64,000 nt of DNA from the NCBI GenBank assembly GCA_048268245.1, contig JBLWVX010000011.1, positions 1 through 64,000 on the forward strand, in the 5' to 3' direction. Position 1 is the stretch's first letter; each line of letters opens with the position of its first letter. The DNA is from Arcobacteraceae bacterium (GTDB lineage Bacteria > Campylobacterota > Campylobacteria > Campylobacterales > Arcobacteraceae). Below are positions 1 through 10,484 of this stretch, in pieces. The position numbers and the translations under genes are program-made. A model generated the notes under the pieces. The model searched no databases. It had not been told where the DNA came from and saw only the letters and a list, made by a program, of their open reading frames with translations.

Positions 1-88
1 TATAATCCTTTTTTTGAACATATAAAAATTATTTATATAAGTATAATTTTCTTTTAGATATATTTGGAAAAAATTATTGGATTTTATT

Positions 89-661
89 ATGTTATGTGGA
101 ATTGATGAAGCAGGAAGAGGTCCTATAGCAGGACCGTTAGTTGTAGCAGGTGTAGTTTTAAAGAATGATGTTGAAAAATTAAATGATTCAAAAGTTTTAA
201 GTGAAAAAAAAAGAGAATTATTATTTGATGAGATTATAGAAAACTCATATTATCACATAGTTTTTAAAAGTGCAAAACAAATAGATGATATGGGAATAAG
301 TGCTTGCTTAAAACAATCAATTAATGAAATAATTGAAAAACTTACACCAAATGCCGATGAATTTTTAATGGATGGCAATACATCATTTGGTATATCAAAC
401 TTACAACATAAAATAAAAGCTGATGCTACTATCAAAGAAGTAAGTGCAGCTTCAATTTTAGCTAAAGTATCAAGAGATAGATATATGTGTAAAATAGCTT
501 CTAATTACAGTGTATATGATTTTGAAAAGCATAAAGGATACGGAACAAAAGCCCATGTGGAAAAAATCAAAGAGCATGGAAGAAGTGATGAGCATAGATA
601 TACATTTAGATTAAAAGCATTAGGAGAAGAAAAGTTAGGAGTTCAAAAAAGCCTTTTTTAG
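89..661 (+). CDS. rnhB: Ribonuclease HII
   Basis: GIDEAGRGPIAGP, LNDSK, AASILAKV.RD and HKGYGT motifs; ATG at 89 preferred over TTG at 77. Confidence 0.95.
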   Translation: MLCGIDEAGRGPIAGPLVVAGVVLKNDVEKLNDSKVLSEKKRELLFDEIIENSYYHIVFKSAKQIDDMGISACLKQSINEIIEKLTPNADEFLMDGNTSFGISNLQHKIKADATIKEVSAASILAKVSRDRYMCKIASNYSVYDFEKHKGYGTKAHVEKIKEHGRSDEHRYTFRLKALGEEKLGVQKSLF

Positions 662-662
662 G

Positions 663-977
663 CTATTTTGAAACTTCTCCAATGTGATTTTCTACAGATT
701 TAACTTTTTTTTCTAATCTATTTTCATGCCCCTGCCTTATATCGAACTTTAAAGTTGCATATACTCTATTACAATTTAATTCTTCTAATTTTTCATAACA
801 TCTTTTTACGATTTCTAAAGCTTCTGAAACTTTTGAAGTTTCAATTAGTGTAGCCATTGCTGTTAATTGATATGGATATCCTGAATTTTTAATAATCTTA
901 ACAACTTGTGCTACATACTCACTTTTACTTTCACTTTGATCTGTAGGAAACATCGACATTTCTAATAAAACTGACAT
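663..977 (-). CDS. MTH1187/DUF77 thiamine-binding family protein
   Basis: 104 aa with S.YVA.V..I..SG.PY.L..M.T.IE pattern and C-terminal RL..KV.SV. Confidence 0.85.
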   Translation of the reverse strand: MSVLLEMSMFPTDQSESKSEYVAQVVKIIKNSGYPYQLTAMATLIETSKVSEALEIVKRCYEKLEELNCNRVYATLKFDIRQGHENRLEKKVKSVENHIGEVSK

Positions 978-1131
978 TGCATAGCCTTTTAAATAATTTT
1001 GATAGTAATATTAAATTGTAGCACTTTTTATTTAAATAATTCTTTTGATAAAGTATATATTTTATATAGATTTTTACTTAGATTTTAAAGTATTTTTGTT
1101 ATTATTAACTATTAATAAAAGGAGAAATAAT

Positions 1132-1470
1132 ATGCAAATAGATGTATCTGCAGAAGTGATTTTATCACAACTTGGGTATTCAAAAAGTGATGCTTCAATG
1201 AAGCAAGCTGAAAAAATGATATCAATTACAGACAACTTTAATAAGTTTTCTAAACATATCTTTTCTTTAAATGACCATTTGAAGAAAATGAATGCTTATG
1301 TTGGACTTTCAAATAAAACTGACTATTTAAAAATTAAATGTGATGAAAATGATGCAAAAGAGATTCTAGAAGAGTTTCATGAAGAAGTTTCACACTGGGC
1401 TAATAAATACAATGTAAAACTTCAACAATTAGATAAAAAACCTATATATTATATTTTAGGAACTCACTAA
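1132..1470 (+). CDS. Hypothetical protein
   Basis: AAGGAG Shine-Dalgarno before ATG 1132 (MQIDVSAEV...); no recognisable motif. Confidence 0.7.
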   Translation: MQIDVSAEVILSQLGYSKSDASMKQAEKMISITDNFNKFSKHIFSLNDHLKKMNAYVGLSNKTDYLKIKCDENDAKEILEEFHEEVSHWANKYNVKLQQLDKKPIYYILGTH

Positions 1471-1952
1471 AAAATCTTTTTATATGAGTGACAATAAGGC
1501 ACCTTCTGGTGTCTTTCATAATAATCTTGATGATAATCTTCAGCCTCATAAAATGGTACGACTTCATATAAACTCGTAGCAACTTTATATCCCATAGAAG
1601 TTAATTTTTCTATTAATTCTTCACTAATTTTTTTCTCGTCTTCATTATTATAAAAAATTGCTGATAAGTATTGACTTCCAATATCTGGTCCTTGACCATT
1701 TGTTTGAGTAAAATCATGAGTTTCAAAGAACTGAATTGCTAGTTCTTTAAAAGTAACTTCACTTGAATCATATTGAACTTTTACTACTTCAAGATGTCCT
1801 GTTTGACCTGTACAAACACTTCTATAATCAGGATTAGGGAAATGGCCTCCCATGTAACCTGAAATTGCAGATTTTACACCTTTAAAATTCTCAAAATAGT
1901 ACTCTGTACCCCAAAAACATCCACTTGCAAAATATGCTTCTTTTATTGCCAT
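1467..1952 (-). CDS. msrA: Peptide-methionine (S)-S-oxide reductase
   Basis: GCFWG, GQGPDIGSQY and AEDYHQDY motifs. Confidence 0.95.
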   Translation of the reverse strand: MAIKEAYFASGCFWGTEYYFENFKGVKSAISGYMGGHFPNPDYRSVCTGQTGHLEVVKVQYDSSEVTFKELAIQFFETHDFTQTNGQGPDIGSQYLSAIFYNNEDEKKISEELIEKLTSMGYKVATSLYEVVPFYEAEDYHQDYYERHQKVPYCHSYKKIF

Positions 1953-1970
1953 TTCTAACCTTTCTCTTAA

Positions 1971-2330
1971 CTATTTCTTTTCAAAGTTTAAAGATATTGA
2001 GTTTACACAATGTCTTGTATTTTTAGCAGTAAAGCCCTCACCCTCAAACACATGTCCTAAGTGACCTCCACAATTTGCACATACAATTTCAACTCTTCGT
2101 CCGTCTGAATCAGGCACTCTTTTTACGGCACCTTTGATTTCATCATCAAAACTTGGCCATCCACAACCTGAACTAAACTTATCGTCTGATTTATATAAAG
2201 GTGTATTACACTTTTTACAAATAAAAATACCCTCTTCATAAAAGTCATTATATTTTCCAGAAAAAGGCATTTCTGTTCCTTTATTCTCTATTACTCTTAT
2301 TTCTTCTTCATTTAATTTATTATAATTCAT
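1971..2330 (-). CDS. msrB: Peptide-methionine (R)-S-oxide reductase
   Basis: SGCGWPSF, HLGHVF and RHCVNS motifs; two CxxC. Confidence 0.95.
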   Translation of the reverse strand: MNYNKLNEEEIRVIENKGTEMPFSGKYNDFYEEGIFICKKCNTPLYKSDDKFSSGCGWPSFDDEIKGAVKRVPDSDGRRVEIVCANCGGHLGHVFEGEGFTAKNTRHCVNSISLNFEKK

Positions 2331-2356
2331 AAAATATCCTTTTGTATATAGTAAAA

Positions 2357-2971
2357 CTAAATTACTTTAAATCTTTGCTCTATTAATACTTTACCATCAT
2401 AAAGTATTTTTCCTAAAAACTTATCACCTACATAAAACTTGCCTACACCTTTTGGTGTTCCTGTCATCAAAATATCACCATCTTCAAAAGTTAAAAAACT
2501 TTTAGCTTCATCAATAATTTCAGAAGGTTTATTTATCATAAGAGATACATCACCCTTTTGCTTTAATTCATCATTTATGTATAATTCAACTTCAAGCTTT
2601 GAAATATCATCATTGAAACTTACAAATTTTGAAAATACAGCTGAGTCATCAAAAGCCTTTGCCCTCTCCCATGGTAAACCTTTCTCTTTTAATCTCGATT
2701 GAACTTCTCTTAATGTTAAATCTAATCCAAATCCAACAGCAGATACTTTGCCCTCTTCTATTAAAAAAGATATTTCTGCTTCATAATGACAAGATTCATG
2801 ACCTTTAGGAAAAATAAGTTTTTGAGAAATTGCTGAGTTTGGCTTAAGAAAAAAAACCATTTTTTCTGGTGTTTCATTATTTAGCTCTGCGATATGTTCT
2901 CTGTAATTTCTTCCAATACAAACAACCTTAGAAGGGAATATATCTTGTCCTTGTAAATCAATATTTTTCAT
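2357..2971 (-). CDS. Fumarylacetoacetate hydrolase family protein
   Basis: CIGRNY..H, HYEAE, DLTLR, KAFD and GDILMTGTPKGVG motifs. Confidence 0.9.
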   Translation of the reverse strand: MKNIDLQGQDIFPSKVVCIGRNYREHIAELNNETPEKMVFFLKPNSAISQKLIFPKGHESCHYEAEISFLIEEGKVSAVGFGLDLTLREVQSRLKEKGLPWERAKAFDDSAVFSKFVSFNDDISKLEVELYINDELKQKGDVSLMINKPSEIIDEAKSFLTFEDGDILMTGTPKGVGKFYVGDKFLGKILYDGKVLIEQRFKVI

Positions 2972-2975
2972 ATCT

Positions 2976-3851
2976 TTATCCTTTATTGTTTAAAATCTTT
3001 AATCTTATTTTAGAGTATTTTGTATTTGATTGTTCATACCAATATTTAGCTTTTTCTAAATCTTTTTGAACTCCTAAACCTTGCTCATATAAAAAACCAA
3101 GCCATGATTTGGAATAATCACTTTGAAAATTTACTGCTTTTTCAAACCAAACAAATGCCTTTTCATAATCTTTTTGTACACCATAACCTTTAGCATATAA
3201 ATAACCTAACTCAGACATAGAAAATACATCACCATCTTTTGCACTTTTTTTATAAAGATTATATGCTTTTGAATAATCTTGCTTTACAAAAATACCTTTT
3301 TTATAAAAATAAGCTAGCTCTCTTTGAATTATGGTATCAGAATTTTTTTCTAAAAATTTGCTAAAGTATTCAAAAGATTTTTGATAATCTCTTTGAACAC
3401 CTAATCCATTATGATAAATCCATCCTAATTTCTTTATAGCATCACTATCATTTACATCAGATAGTTTTTTTAAATACTCAATTGACTTAACATAACTTTT
3501 TTCTTCATAATAAATATTAGCTAATCTATCTATAGCTTCTAAGTCACCATTCGATGCTAGTTTCTCAAGCCAAAAAATAGCTTTTTGCTTATCTTTTTGT
3601 ATGTTTATACCATTTTCATAAAAACTAACAATCATTTTTGAAGCTTTTTTGTCACCAGCTAAAGCTTTTGTCATATAACATTCAAATTTTTCTGATCCAT
3701 AATTTAAAATTTTACAATCAATTCTTTTAGTTTTTTCTACTTTTTTAACAACTTTTTGTTTTTCAACTTTTTGTATTTGTTTTTCCTGTACATCAGTAAA
3801 AGAACATGCTGTAAAAAAAATACAAATAAAAACAAAAAATAGAATTCTCAT
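2976..3851 (-). CDS. Sel1-like repeat lipoprotein
   Basis: Lipobox FTAC; repeated LG..Y..G.GV.KD..KA..W units; GGAG SD before ATG 3851. Confidence 0.88.
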   Translation of the reverse strand: MRILFFVFICIFFTACSFTDVQEKQIQKVEKQKVVKKVEKTKRIDCKILNYGSEKFECYMTKALAGDKKASKMIVSFYENGINIQKDKQKAIFWLEKLASNGDLEAIDRLANIYYEEKSYVKSIEYLKKLSDVNDSDAIKKLGWIYHNGLGVQRDYQKSFEYFSKFLEKNSDTIIQRELAYFYKKGIFVKQDYSKAYNLYKKSAKDGDVFSMSELGYLYAKGYGVQKDYEKAFVWFEKAVNFQSDYSKSWLGFLYEQGLGVQKDLEKAKYWYEQSNTKYSKIRLKILNNKG

Positions 3852-3987
3852 ATATACTCCTATTTTAGACATCAGTATTTTATCTAAAAATACTATTAAT
3901 TAAATGAATCAAAAATATTCTATTTTTATACTTTTACTTAATCAAAAAAATAATATACTCACAATATTTACTTAAAAAGAGGCTAAG

Positions 3988-4329
3988 ATGAAAGAAAATC
4001 TATTAATAGTATGGACAAATGGTGATAAAGATGTAGCTTTGAAGTTTCCATTACTTTACTCATCAGTTGCACTTCCAAGAGAGTATTGGAAAAGTATTCA
4101 TTTGATGATTTGGGGACCATCAATATTATTAGCAAAAAACAATGAAAAAATAAAAGAAAAGTTAAAAGAAATACAAAAAACAGGTGTTACTATGAGTGCT
4201 TGTATTGTATGTGTAGAAGATTATGAAGCTGTTAAACAATTAGAAGATTTAAATATTGAAATAAATCATACAGGAGAACTTTTTACAAAAGCTCTCAAAG
4301 ATGATTCATATTCTGTTGTTACTATCTAG
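3988..4329 (+). CDS. DsrE-family protein
   Basis: 113 aa with IWGPS and AC..C motifs. Confidence 0.75.
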   Translation: MKENLLIVWTNGDKDVALKFPLLYSSVALPREYWKSIHLMIWGPSILLAKNNEKIKEKLKEIQKTGVTMSACIVCVEDYEAVKQLEDLNIEINHTGELFTKALKDDSYSVVTI

Positions 4330-4979
4330 TATTTTTCTAATAGGTCATTTATGATAACTGAAGTAATCCCCCAGATTACTTCATCTTCATATTTATAAAC
4401 CCAAATTTTATGTCTTTTATTTCCCCAAGGTCTTTTATATGTATCAGGAAGTCCTAACTCCTCAACTGGAAATAAAACCTCTTTATTTCCTTCTTCATCC
4501 ACTTTAAATGGTTGAATTTCATGGGAAAGAGTATACTCTAAAGGCTTAGTTTCTTTAAAAAACTTTAATGGAATTAAAATAGTCTTTTCAACTTCATTTT
4601 TATCTATGTTCATAGTTTTTAAAGCTCTTTTTTTGACTACTGCTACAAAAGATTCAATTACTGTACCAATAGGTGCTACATAAGAGTCTAGTTGACCTAT
4701 AATTTTAATATCTTTTTTTTCAATTCCTAATTCTTCATATGTTTCTCTTAAAGCAGTTTGCTCAAAGTTTTCATCTTCTTCTTCAAACTTTCCACCAGGA
4801 AAACATATATCTCCGCCTTGTCTTATATGTGCTGCTCTTTTTTGAAAAAGCAAATAATATTCACCCTTTATTTTAATAAGAGGTATTAAAACAGCTGAGT
4901 TAAAAAATCTATCTCTTCCTAATACACCTGGAGTTTTTGGCATATTTGAAACTAATTGTTTTAAATCACTTTTTTTCAT
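4326..4979 (-). CDS. NUDIX hydrolase, CoA pyrophosphatase type
   Basis: FPGGK...TALRETYEELG Nudix box; SAVLIPL and IWGIT motifs. Confidence 0.9.
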   Translation of the reverse strand: MKKSDLKQLVSNMPKTPGVLGRDRFFNSAVLIPLIKIKGEYYLLFQKRAAHIRQGGDICFPGGKFEEEDENFEQTALRETYEELGIEKKDIKIIGQLDSYVAPIGTVIESFVAVVKKRALKTMNIDKNEVEKTILIPLKFFKETKPLEYTLSHEIQPFKVDEEGNKEVLFPVEELGLPDTYKRPWGNKRHKIWVYKYEDEVIWGITSVIINDLLEKY

Positions 4980-4981
4980 AT

Positions 4982-6247
4982 TTAACTCTTTATTGACTTT
5001 ATAGCTTCAATCATTGTTTTTACTATTTTTCTTAAATCTTTTTCACTTATAGTATAAGCAACAATTGAATAAATAAGTTTTCCAAAAGGTCTAATCCAAA
5101 CACCTTTAGAAACACAATAATCTTGAATATATTGAGCATATGAGTCATCTTTTAATTCAATAACTCCAATAGCTCCTATATTTCTAATACTTTTAACTAA
5201 AGCTATATCTTTAGCTTCTTGCAATTCATCTGTAAAAATCTCTTCTATTTTAGAAACTTTTTCTTGCCAATTAGTTTGTTCTAAAAGATTTATACTCTCA
5301 ATAGCAACACTACAAGCTAAAGGATTTCCCATAAAAGTTGGTCCATGCATTAAAATACCAAGCTTTGAATCACTAATTGTAGAAGATACTTTTTTAGATG
5401 TAATCATAGCAGCCATTGTCATATAACCACCTGTTAAACCTTTACCAACTGTCATAATATCAGGTTTTATATCAGCCCATTGGCAAGCGAACATTTTTCC
5501 AGTATGTCCAAAACCTGTAGCTATTTCATCTGCGATTAGAAGAACATCATATTTATCACATAACTCTCTTGCTTTTTTTAAATATAAAGGATTATATATT
5601 CTCATGCCACCTGCACCTTGTACAATTGGCTCTATTATAAATCCTGCTAACTCTTCATGATTTTGTTCAAATGTTTTCTCTAAAACTTCAATAGTCTCAT
5701 CACAATTTTTATCAAAACCAATATCAGGAGTTTTTGTAAATATATGTTTTGGAAGATATGAACCATAAATACTATGCATAGAGTTGTTTGGATCACATAC
5801 ACTCATAGCAGCTAAAGTATCTCCATGGTAAGCATTTTCCAAAGCTAAAAACTTATACTTTTTTAAACCTTTTGCTTCTTGATATTGTATAGCTGTTTTT
5901 AAAGCTACCTCAACAGAAACAGAACCACTATCACATAAAAAGACACTATTTAAGCCAGTTAAATCAACTAATTTCTTTGATAAAATAGCTGCATTTTCAT
6001 GAGCAAGTCCACCAAACATTACATGAGGCATAATCTCAACTTGTTTTTTTAAAGCTTCATTTAGTTTTGGGTGATTATAACCATGAATAGCACTCCACCA
6101 AGAACTCATTGCATCAATAAGTTCTTCACCTGTTGATAAAAAAATTGATGTTTTATCTGTTCTTTCAACAGGTAATATTTTAGTTCTAGAAGGCAGTGAA
6201 TTATAAGGATGCCATACATGTTCTTTATCTATATCTAACCAATTCAA
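4982..6247 (-). CDS. bioA: Adenosylmethionine-8-amino-7-oxononanoate transaminase
   Basis: WHPY, SSWW..IHGY, SGSVSVEVALK, DEIATGFG, GKGLTGG and HGPTFMGNPLAC motifs. Confidence 0.95.
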   Translation of the reverse strand: MNWLDIDKEHVWHPYNSLPSRTKILPVERTDKTSIFLSTGEELIDAMSSWWSAIHGYNHPKLNEALKKQVEIMPHVMFGGLAHENAAILSKKLVDLTGLNSVFLCDSGSVSVEVALKTAIQYQEAKGLKKYKFLALENAYHGDTLAAMSVCDPNNSMHSIYGSYLPKHIFTKTPDIGFDKNCDETIEVLEKTFEQNHEELAGFIIEPIVQGAGGMRIYNPLYLKKARELCDKYDVLLIADEIATGFGHTGKMFACQWADIKPDIMTVGKGLTGGYMTMAAMITSKKVSSTISDSKLGILMHGPTFMGNPLACSVAIESINLLEQTNWQEKVSKIEEIFTDELQEAKDIALVKSIRNIGAIGVIELKDDSYAQYIQDYCVSKGVWIRPFGKLIYSIVAYTISEKDLRKIVKTMIEAIKSIKS

Positions 6248-6284
6248 TAAAAATCCTAATATTTAATATTTAATTGATTATATC

Positions 6285-8888
6285 CTAATCCAAATTATCA
6301 TCATATAATATTACACTAAATTCAGCGCCTTTATATTTTTTCTCTTTATAGTCAAACTTCTTATTTGTTACATCAATTACACCGTTCATGTATTTTGATA
6401 TAATCTGATCACACATATATAAACCAATTCCGGTACCTGTTGAATTATGTTTAGTTGTAAAATAAGGTTCAAATATTTTCTCTAAAATCTTCGGTTTAAT
6501 ACCACCTGCATTATCTCTTATTTTTACGATAGTTTTATTTTTTCTTTTTTTAGTTTCAACAAAAATTACTCTATTTTCATCTAAATTTAAAACTAAAGCA
6601 TCTTTTGCATTATTTAAAATATTAATAAATACTTGAATAAACTCTGTTTCATGTCCTTCAATTTCTATATTCTCAAAACTTCTAATTACTGTAATATTCT
6701 CTTGTTCAAATTTAGAACTTAGTAAATTTATTGTTTTCTCTAAAGTATCTGCAATATCAAATTTTACTTTCTCATCTTGAGGCTTAAAAAAATATCTAAA
6801 GTCATCAATTGTATGAGATAAGTAGTTTGAAGAGTTTACAATACAATCAACTGTATCATAAAAGAATTTGTCATCTAAGTCATTTACTTGCTTCTTAACT
6901 TTTAAACCACTTGCACTTGTACTAATAACAGATAAAGGTTGTCTCCACTGATGGGCAATATTTTCTAACATTTCACCCATTGCTGCCATTTTTGATTGCC
7001 TTGAAAGTAACCTATCTTTTTTTAGATTTTCTTCAACTTCTTCTTTTACTCTATGCTCCAAGGTTTCATTTATTTTTTTTAGCTCTTGTGTTTTTTCTTC
7101 AACTTTTTTATTTAGTTTTTCATTCATCTTTTTTAATAGATTTTGTCTATAAAGTAATAAAGTAAGCAAAATCACTATTGCTAGTACTATCTTAAATAAA
7201 AGTGCATAATCAAACTCTTTTTGATGTTGAACATAAGCCCATTTATTACTTAAAGATTCGATTTTTTGATCATCTAGAGTATTTACAAATTTTGTCATAA
7301 TATAATATAATTTTATATCATCTTTTTTAACACCTATTCTAATATTTATTTTTTCATCTATTTTTCCAGAGATTTTGATATGAGAGGAAAAGTCTTTTTG
7401 AAGAGCATACCATGCTTTTCCCATAGCAGTAATTTGACCATAAAGTTCACCTTCATAAACTTTTTCTAAACCATTATTTAAACTTTTCACTTTAACAAAT
7501 TCGATATTTGGATATTTTGGCTTTAAAATTTCATATAATGAAAAGCCATTTACAACTCCTATCTTTACATCTTTTAAACTTGATAAATTTTCAATAAAAG
7601 GTTTATCATCTTTTGTCATAATTACAGATGGGACATCAATGTAAGCATTTGTAAAATTCATAAAAGATTTTCTATCCTGAGTTAATTGTGCCGTAGGGAT
7701 AATATCACACTCATTAGTTTTAATTAGTTCTAAACTGTTTTTCAAACTAGTTGCTGGAACATAAGTTAATGGTATCTTTATCTTTTCTTCAAGAATTTTT
7801 ATAAAATCAGCGGTTGAACCATATACTTTTCCATCTTTTATATCACTATATGGCATAGAATCAGGAATAATACAAGTTTTAATAAAAACTTTTTGCTTTA
7901 AATACTCTTTTTCATCATTTGTTAAAACAAGTTTATTATCCTCAAAGTATATAAAATCATCAAAATCAATTATATTATTTGTAAGCCCCATAATATTATA
8001 AAGGTCATATATTCTTTGTAACTTCTCTTTTTTTATATAACCCAATTCTTTAGTGTTAAAATAAGATAATTTCTTTAAGTGTTCACCTTCATATATAAGT
8101 TCTTCTCTAGAAAGCTTTTGAGAATTATACTTTTGTAAAATTAAATCTGCACTCTCTTCAATATTTGAGTATGCATATTTCCATCCTTTTAAAGAGGCAT
8201 TTTTAAAAGCTAATGCTGTATCAATATCATTTTGAATCATTTTTTTACTTGTAAAAAGTAAATCACTATACATATCAAATCCAAACTTTTTTGGATCAAA
8301 TACATTATATTCTATACCTTTTTTTTGTAATTCAAAAGGTGATTTTGATATATACGCTGAAATTACATCAGTTTTTTTATTTATTAGATCGTTAATATTA
8401 TGAGTATGTTTTATAAAGTTAAGCTCTTCTAATCTAACATTTTTTGATCTAATCATAGCTTTTAATGATACTTCACTTGCATCATCTATTGTAGTCATTA
8501 TAGTTTTATTACGAAAATCTTCTATTGTATTAATACCAGATTCTTTAGTACTAACTAAAATTAAAGGAGTTGATTGAAAAAGTGCATATAAAGCTACAAT
8601 ATCTGCACCTTTTGACTTATCTAAGATTAAGGTCTCACGTCCAACTGCAAAATCAAACTTTTGTTTGGCTACATCATTTGGTATATCTAAACCAAATTCA
8701 AAAGGTTTTATAGTTACATCTAATCCTGCTTCTTCATAAAAGCCTTTTTCTTTTGCTATATAGTATCCTGCAAATTGAAATTGATCAAACCATGATAATT
8801 GAATGGTAACTTTTTTTAAATCTTTTGAAAAAAGAAAACTTTGAGAGATTAAAAAAATAAAAATAAAATAGAAAATACCCTTAATCAT
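6285..8888 (-). CDS. Sensor histidine kinase with NMT1/THI5-like and family-3 periplasmic binding domains
   Basis: N-terminal LSWFDQFQFAGYY.A.EKGFY; TM helix; IAHQWRQPL H-box; NILNNAKDA, DNAGGI, FEPYFTTK and GTGIGLY boxes. Confidence 0.88.
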   Translation of the reverse strand: MIKGIFYFIFIFLISQSFLFSKDLKKVTIQLSWFDQFQFAGYYIAKEKGFYEEAGLDVTIKPFEFGLDIPNDVAKQKFDFAVGRETLILDKSKGADIVALYALFQSTPLILVSTKESGINTIEDFRNKTIMTTIDDASEVSLKAMIRSKNVRLEELNFIKHTHNINDLINKKTDVISAYISKSPFELQKKGIEYNVFDPKKFGFDMYSDLLFTSKKMIQNDIDTALAFKNASLKGWKYAYSNIEESADLILQKYNSQKLSREELIYEGEHLKKLSYFNTKELGYIKKEKLQRIYDLYNIMGLTNNIIDFDDFIYFEDNKLVLTNDEKEYLKQKVFIKTCIIPDSMPYSDIKDGKVYGSTADFIKILEEKIKIPLTYVPATSLKNSLELIKTNECDIIPTAQLTQDRKSFMNFTNAYIDVPSVIMTKDDKPFIENLSSLKDVKIGVVNGFSLYEILKPKYPNIEFVKVKSLNNGLEKVYEGELYGQITAMGKAWYALQKDFSSHIKISGKIDEKINIRIGVKKDDIKLYYIMTKFVNTLDDQKIESLSNKWAYVQHQKEFDYALLFKIVLAIVILLTLLLYRQNLLKKMNEKLNKKVEEKTQELKKINETLEHRVKEEVEENLKKDRLLSRQSKMAAMGEMLENIAHQWRQPLSVISTSASGLKVKKQVNDLDDKFFYDTVDCIVNSSNYLSHTIDDFRYFFKPQDEKVKFDIADTLEKTINLLSSKFEQENITVIRSFENIEIEGHETEFIQVFINILNNAKDALVLNLDENRVIFVETKKRKNKTIVKIRDNAGGIKPKILEKIFEPYFTTKHNSTGTGIGLYMCDQIISKYMNGVIDVTNKKFDYKEKKYKGAEFSVILYDDNLD

Positions 8889-9075
8889 AAAACCTAACCT
8901 TTTATTATTGGATATATTATAACAAACTATGTTTAGTTTATCTTCTTTTAAAAGCCAAAATATAGAGTTTTTTCAAAAAAAGTCTAATAAAAAAAATTAT
9001 TAAGTATATTAATAACATATCATTTTTTTATCACATCATTTTTATATAATTAGAAAAAATTTAGGAGTATTTTCA

Positions 9076-9354
9076 ATGGAACATCAAGATTTAGAATTAA
9101 AACATATTGCAACTGTAGATGATAAAAGATATTTTATTTCAACAATAAAAATGCACGTAAGACATTCTTGGCTAAATCAACACAATAATGTATTTGTATA
9201 TGAAACAATGATATTCAAAAAAGAAGATGGTAAAGTTATATACCATGAGCCTGTATACAATAAAAGATATAATAGCTATGAAGATGCAATCAATGGTCAC
9301 CAATATGTAGTTGAAAATACTGGCAAAATTATCAAAGAAGGAATTCTTTGTTAA
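9076..9354 (+). CDS. Hypothetical protein
   Basis: AGGAG SD, 92-aa ORF, followed by a terminator hairpin. Confidence 0.65.
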   Translation: MEHQDLELKHIATVDDKRYFISTIKMHVRHSWLNQHNNVFVYETMIFKKEDGKVIYHEPVYNKRYNSYEDAINGHQYVVENTGKIIKEGILC

Positions 9355-9380
9355 ATTCATAGGATAATTCCTATGAATTT
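9353..9380. terminator. Hairpin between convergent genes (probable bidirectional terminator)
   Basis: AAATTCATAGGA-TAAT-TCCTATGAATTT, perfect 12-bp inverted repeat. Confidence 0.7.
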
Positions 9381-10383
9381 ATAATAAAACCACTAAACTA
9401 AAACCAACTAAAATAAGCCATATAAATAAAACTAACCCTAATAATAAAGGTTTAAATCCAACACTAATAATCTCTTTAATTTTCGTATTATATCCCAAAG
9501 CAAACATTGCCATAGCTAATAAAAACAAATCTATTTCATTAATTATTTCAATAGTTTTTGAATCTATTATATTAAAAGAGTTAAATATAATTACAACAAT
9601 AAATAAAACAGCAAACCAAGGAATAACAAGTTTAGTTTTTTGTGTATTTTTTGGTATAAATATTAAAGCTACAAAAATCAAAAAAGGTGCTAAGAACATA
9701 ACTCTTATCATTTTCACAACAACTGAATTATTTGAGATTAGTTCATTATCTAAACTATTAGCAGCTCCTACTACATGAGCTACTTCATGTAAAGTTCCAC
9801 CTATATACAAAGCCATTTCTTGCTCGTTCAAATTTAATAAACCAATATTATAAAAGTAAGGATATATAAACATTGCCAATGTTCCAAAAAGAACAACTGT
9901 TGATATTGCAATACTAGTTTTATAAGCTTTGTTTTTTAGTACTGACTCAGTTGCCAAAACAGCAGCAGCACCACAGATAGAACTTCCTGCACTAACTAAA
10001 ATAGCTATTTGTTTATCAATCTTAAGAACTTTAACTCCAATAATATATCCAAAAATAAAAGTCCCTACAACAATTATAAAACTATATAAAACTCCTTGAA
10101 TCCCAATATTTTGTAAATCACTTACAGTTAATCTAAATCCATATAAAACTATAGCAAAACGTAAAAGCTGTTTTGTACAAAAGTTTAAACTATTTTTGTT
10201 TTCAATTAATACAAAACCTTTTAAACTATTTGATAAAAATATTCCTAGAAGTATTGCAATTATTAAAAATGAAAATCCTAGATTTTCGATAAATGTTATC
10301 TTTGTAATATAAAAACTTAAAACAGTAAATAGTAAAATAAATCCTATGCCCTTATAAAACTTTAAATCTTTAAAATCTTCCAT
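9379..10383 (-). CDS. YeiH family (PSE/UPF0324) membrane protein
   Basis: LLR.AIVLYGFRL, GSSICGAAAV.A and HEVAHVV motifs; divergent from a LysR gene. Confidence 0.9.
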   Translation of the reverse strand: MEDFKDLKFYKGIGFILLFTVLSFYITKITFIENLGFSFLIIAILLGIFLSNSLKGFVLIENKNSLNFCTKQLLRFAIVLYGFRLTVSDLQNIGIQGVLYSFIIVVGTFIFGYIIGVKVLKIDKQIAILVSAGSSICGAAAVLATESVLKNKAYKTSIAISTVVLFGTLAMFIYPYFYNIGLLNLNEQEMALYIGGTLHEVAHVVGAANSLDNELISNNSVVVKMIRVMFLAPFLIFVALIFIPKNTQKTKLVIPWFAVLFIVVIIFNSFNIIDSKTIEIINEIDLFLLAMAMFALGYNTKIKEIISVGFKPLLLGLVLFIWLILVGFSLVVLL

Positions 10384-10484
10384 TATTTTTCCTTTTAATC
10401 CTGACTCAATTATAAAGGATTATTTTTTATTTGTAAAATTAATTAATTTTGCTATAATAATAAAAAAAATTTATAGGATATATT

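Noticed and set aside
2850..2857. Poly-A/T runs as phase-variation tracts
   Set aside because: Runs of 8-9 nt are expected at this AT content, the frames are intact, and I saw no long poly-G/C tracts in genes.
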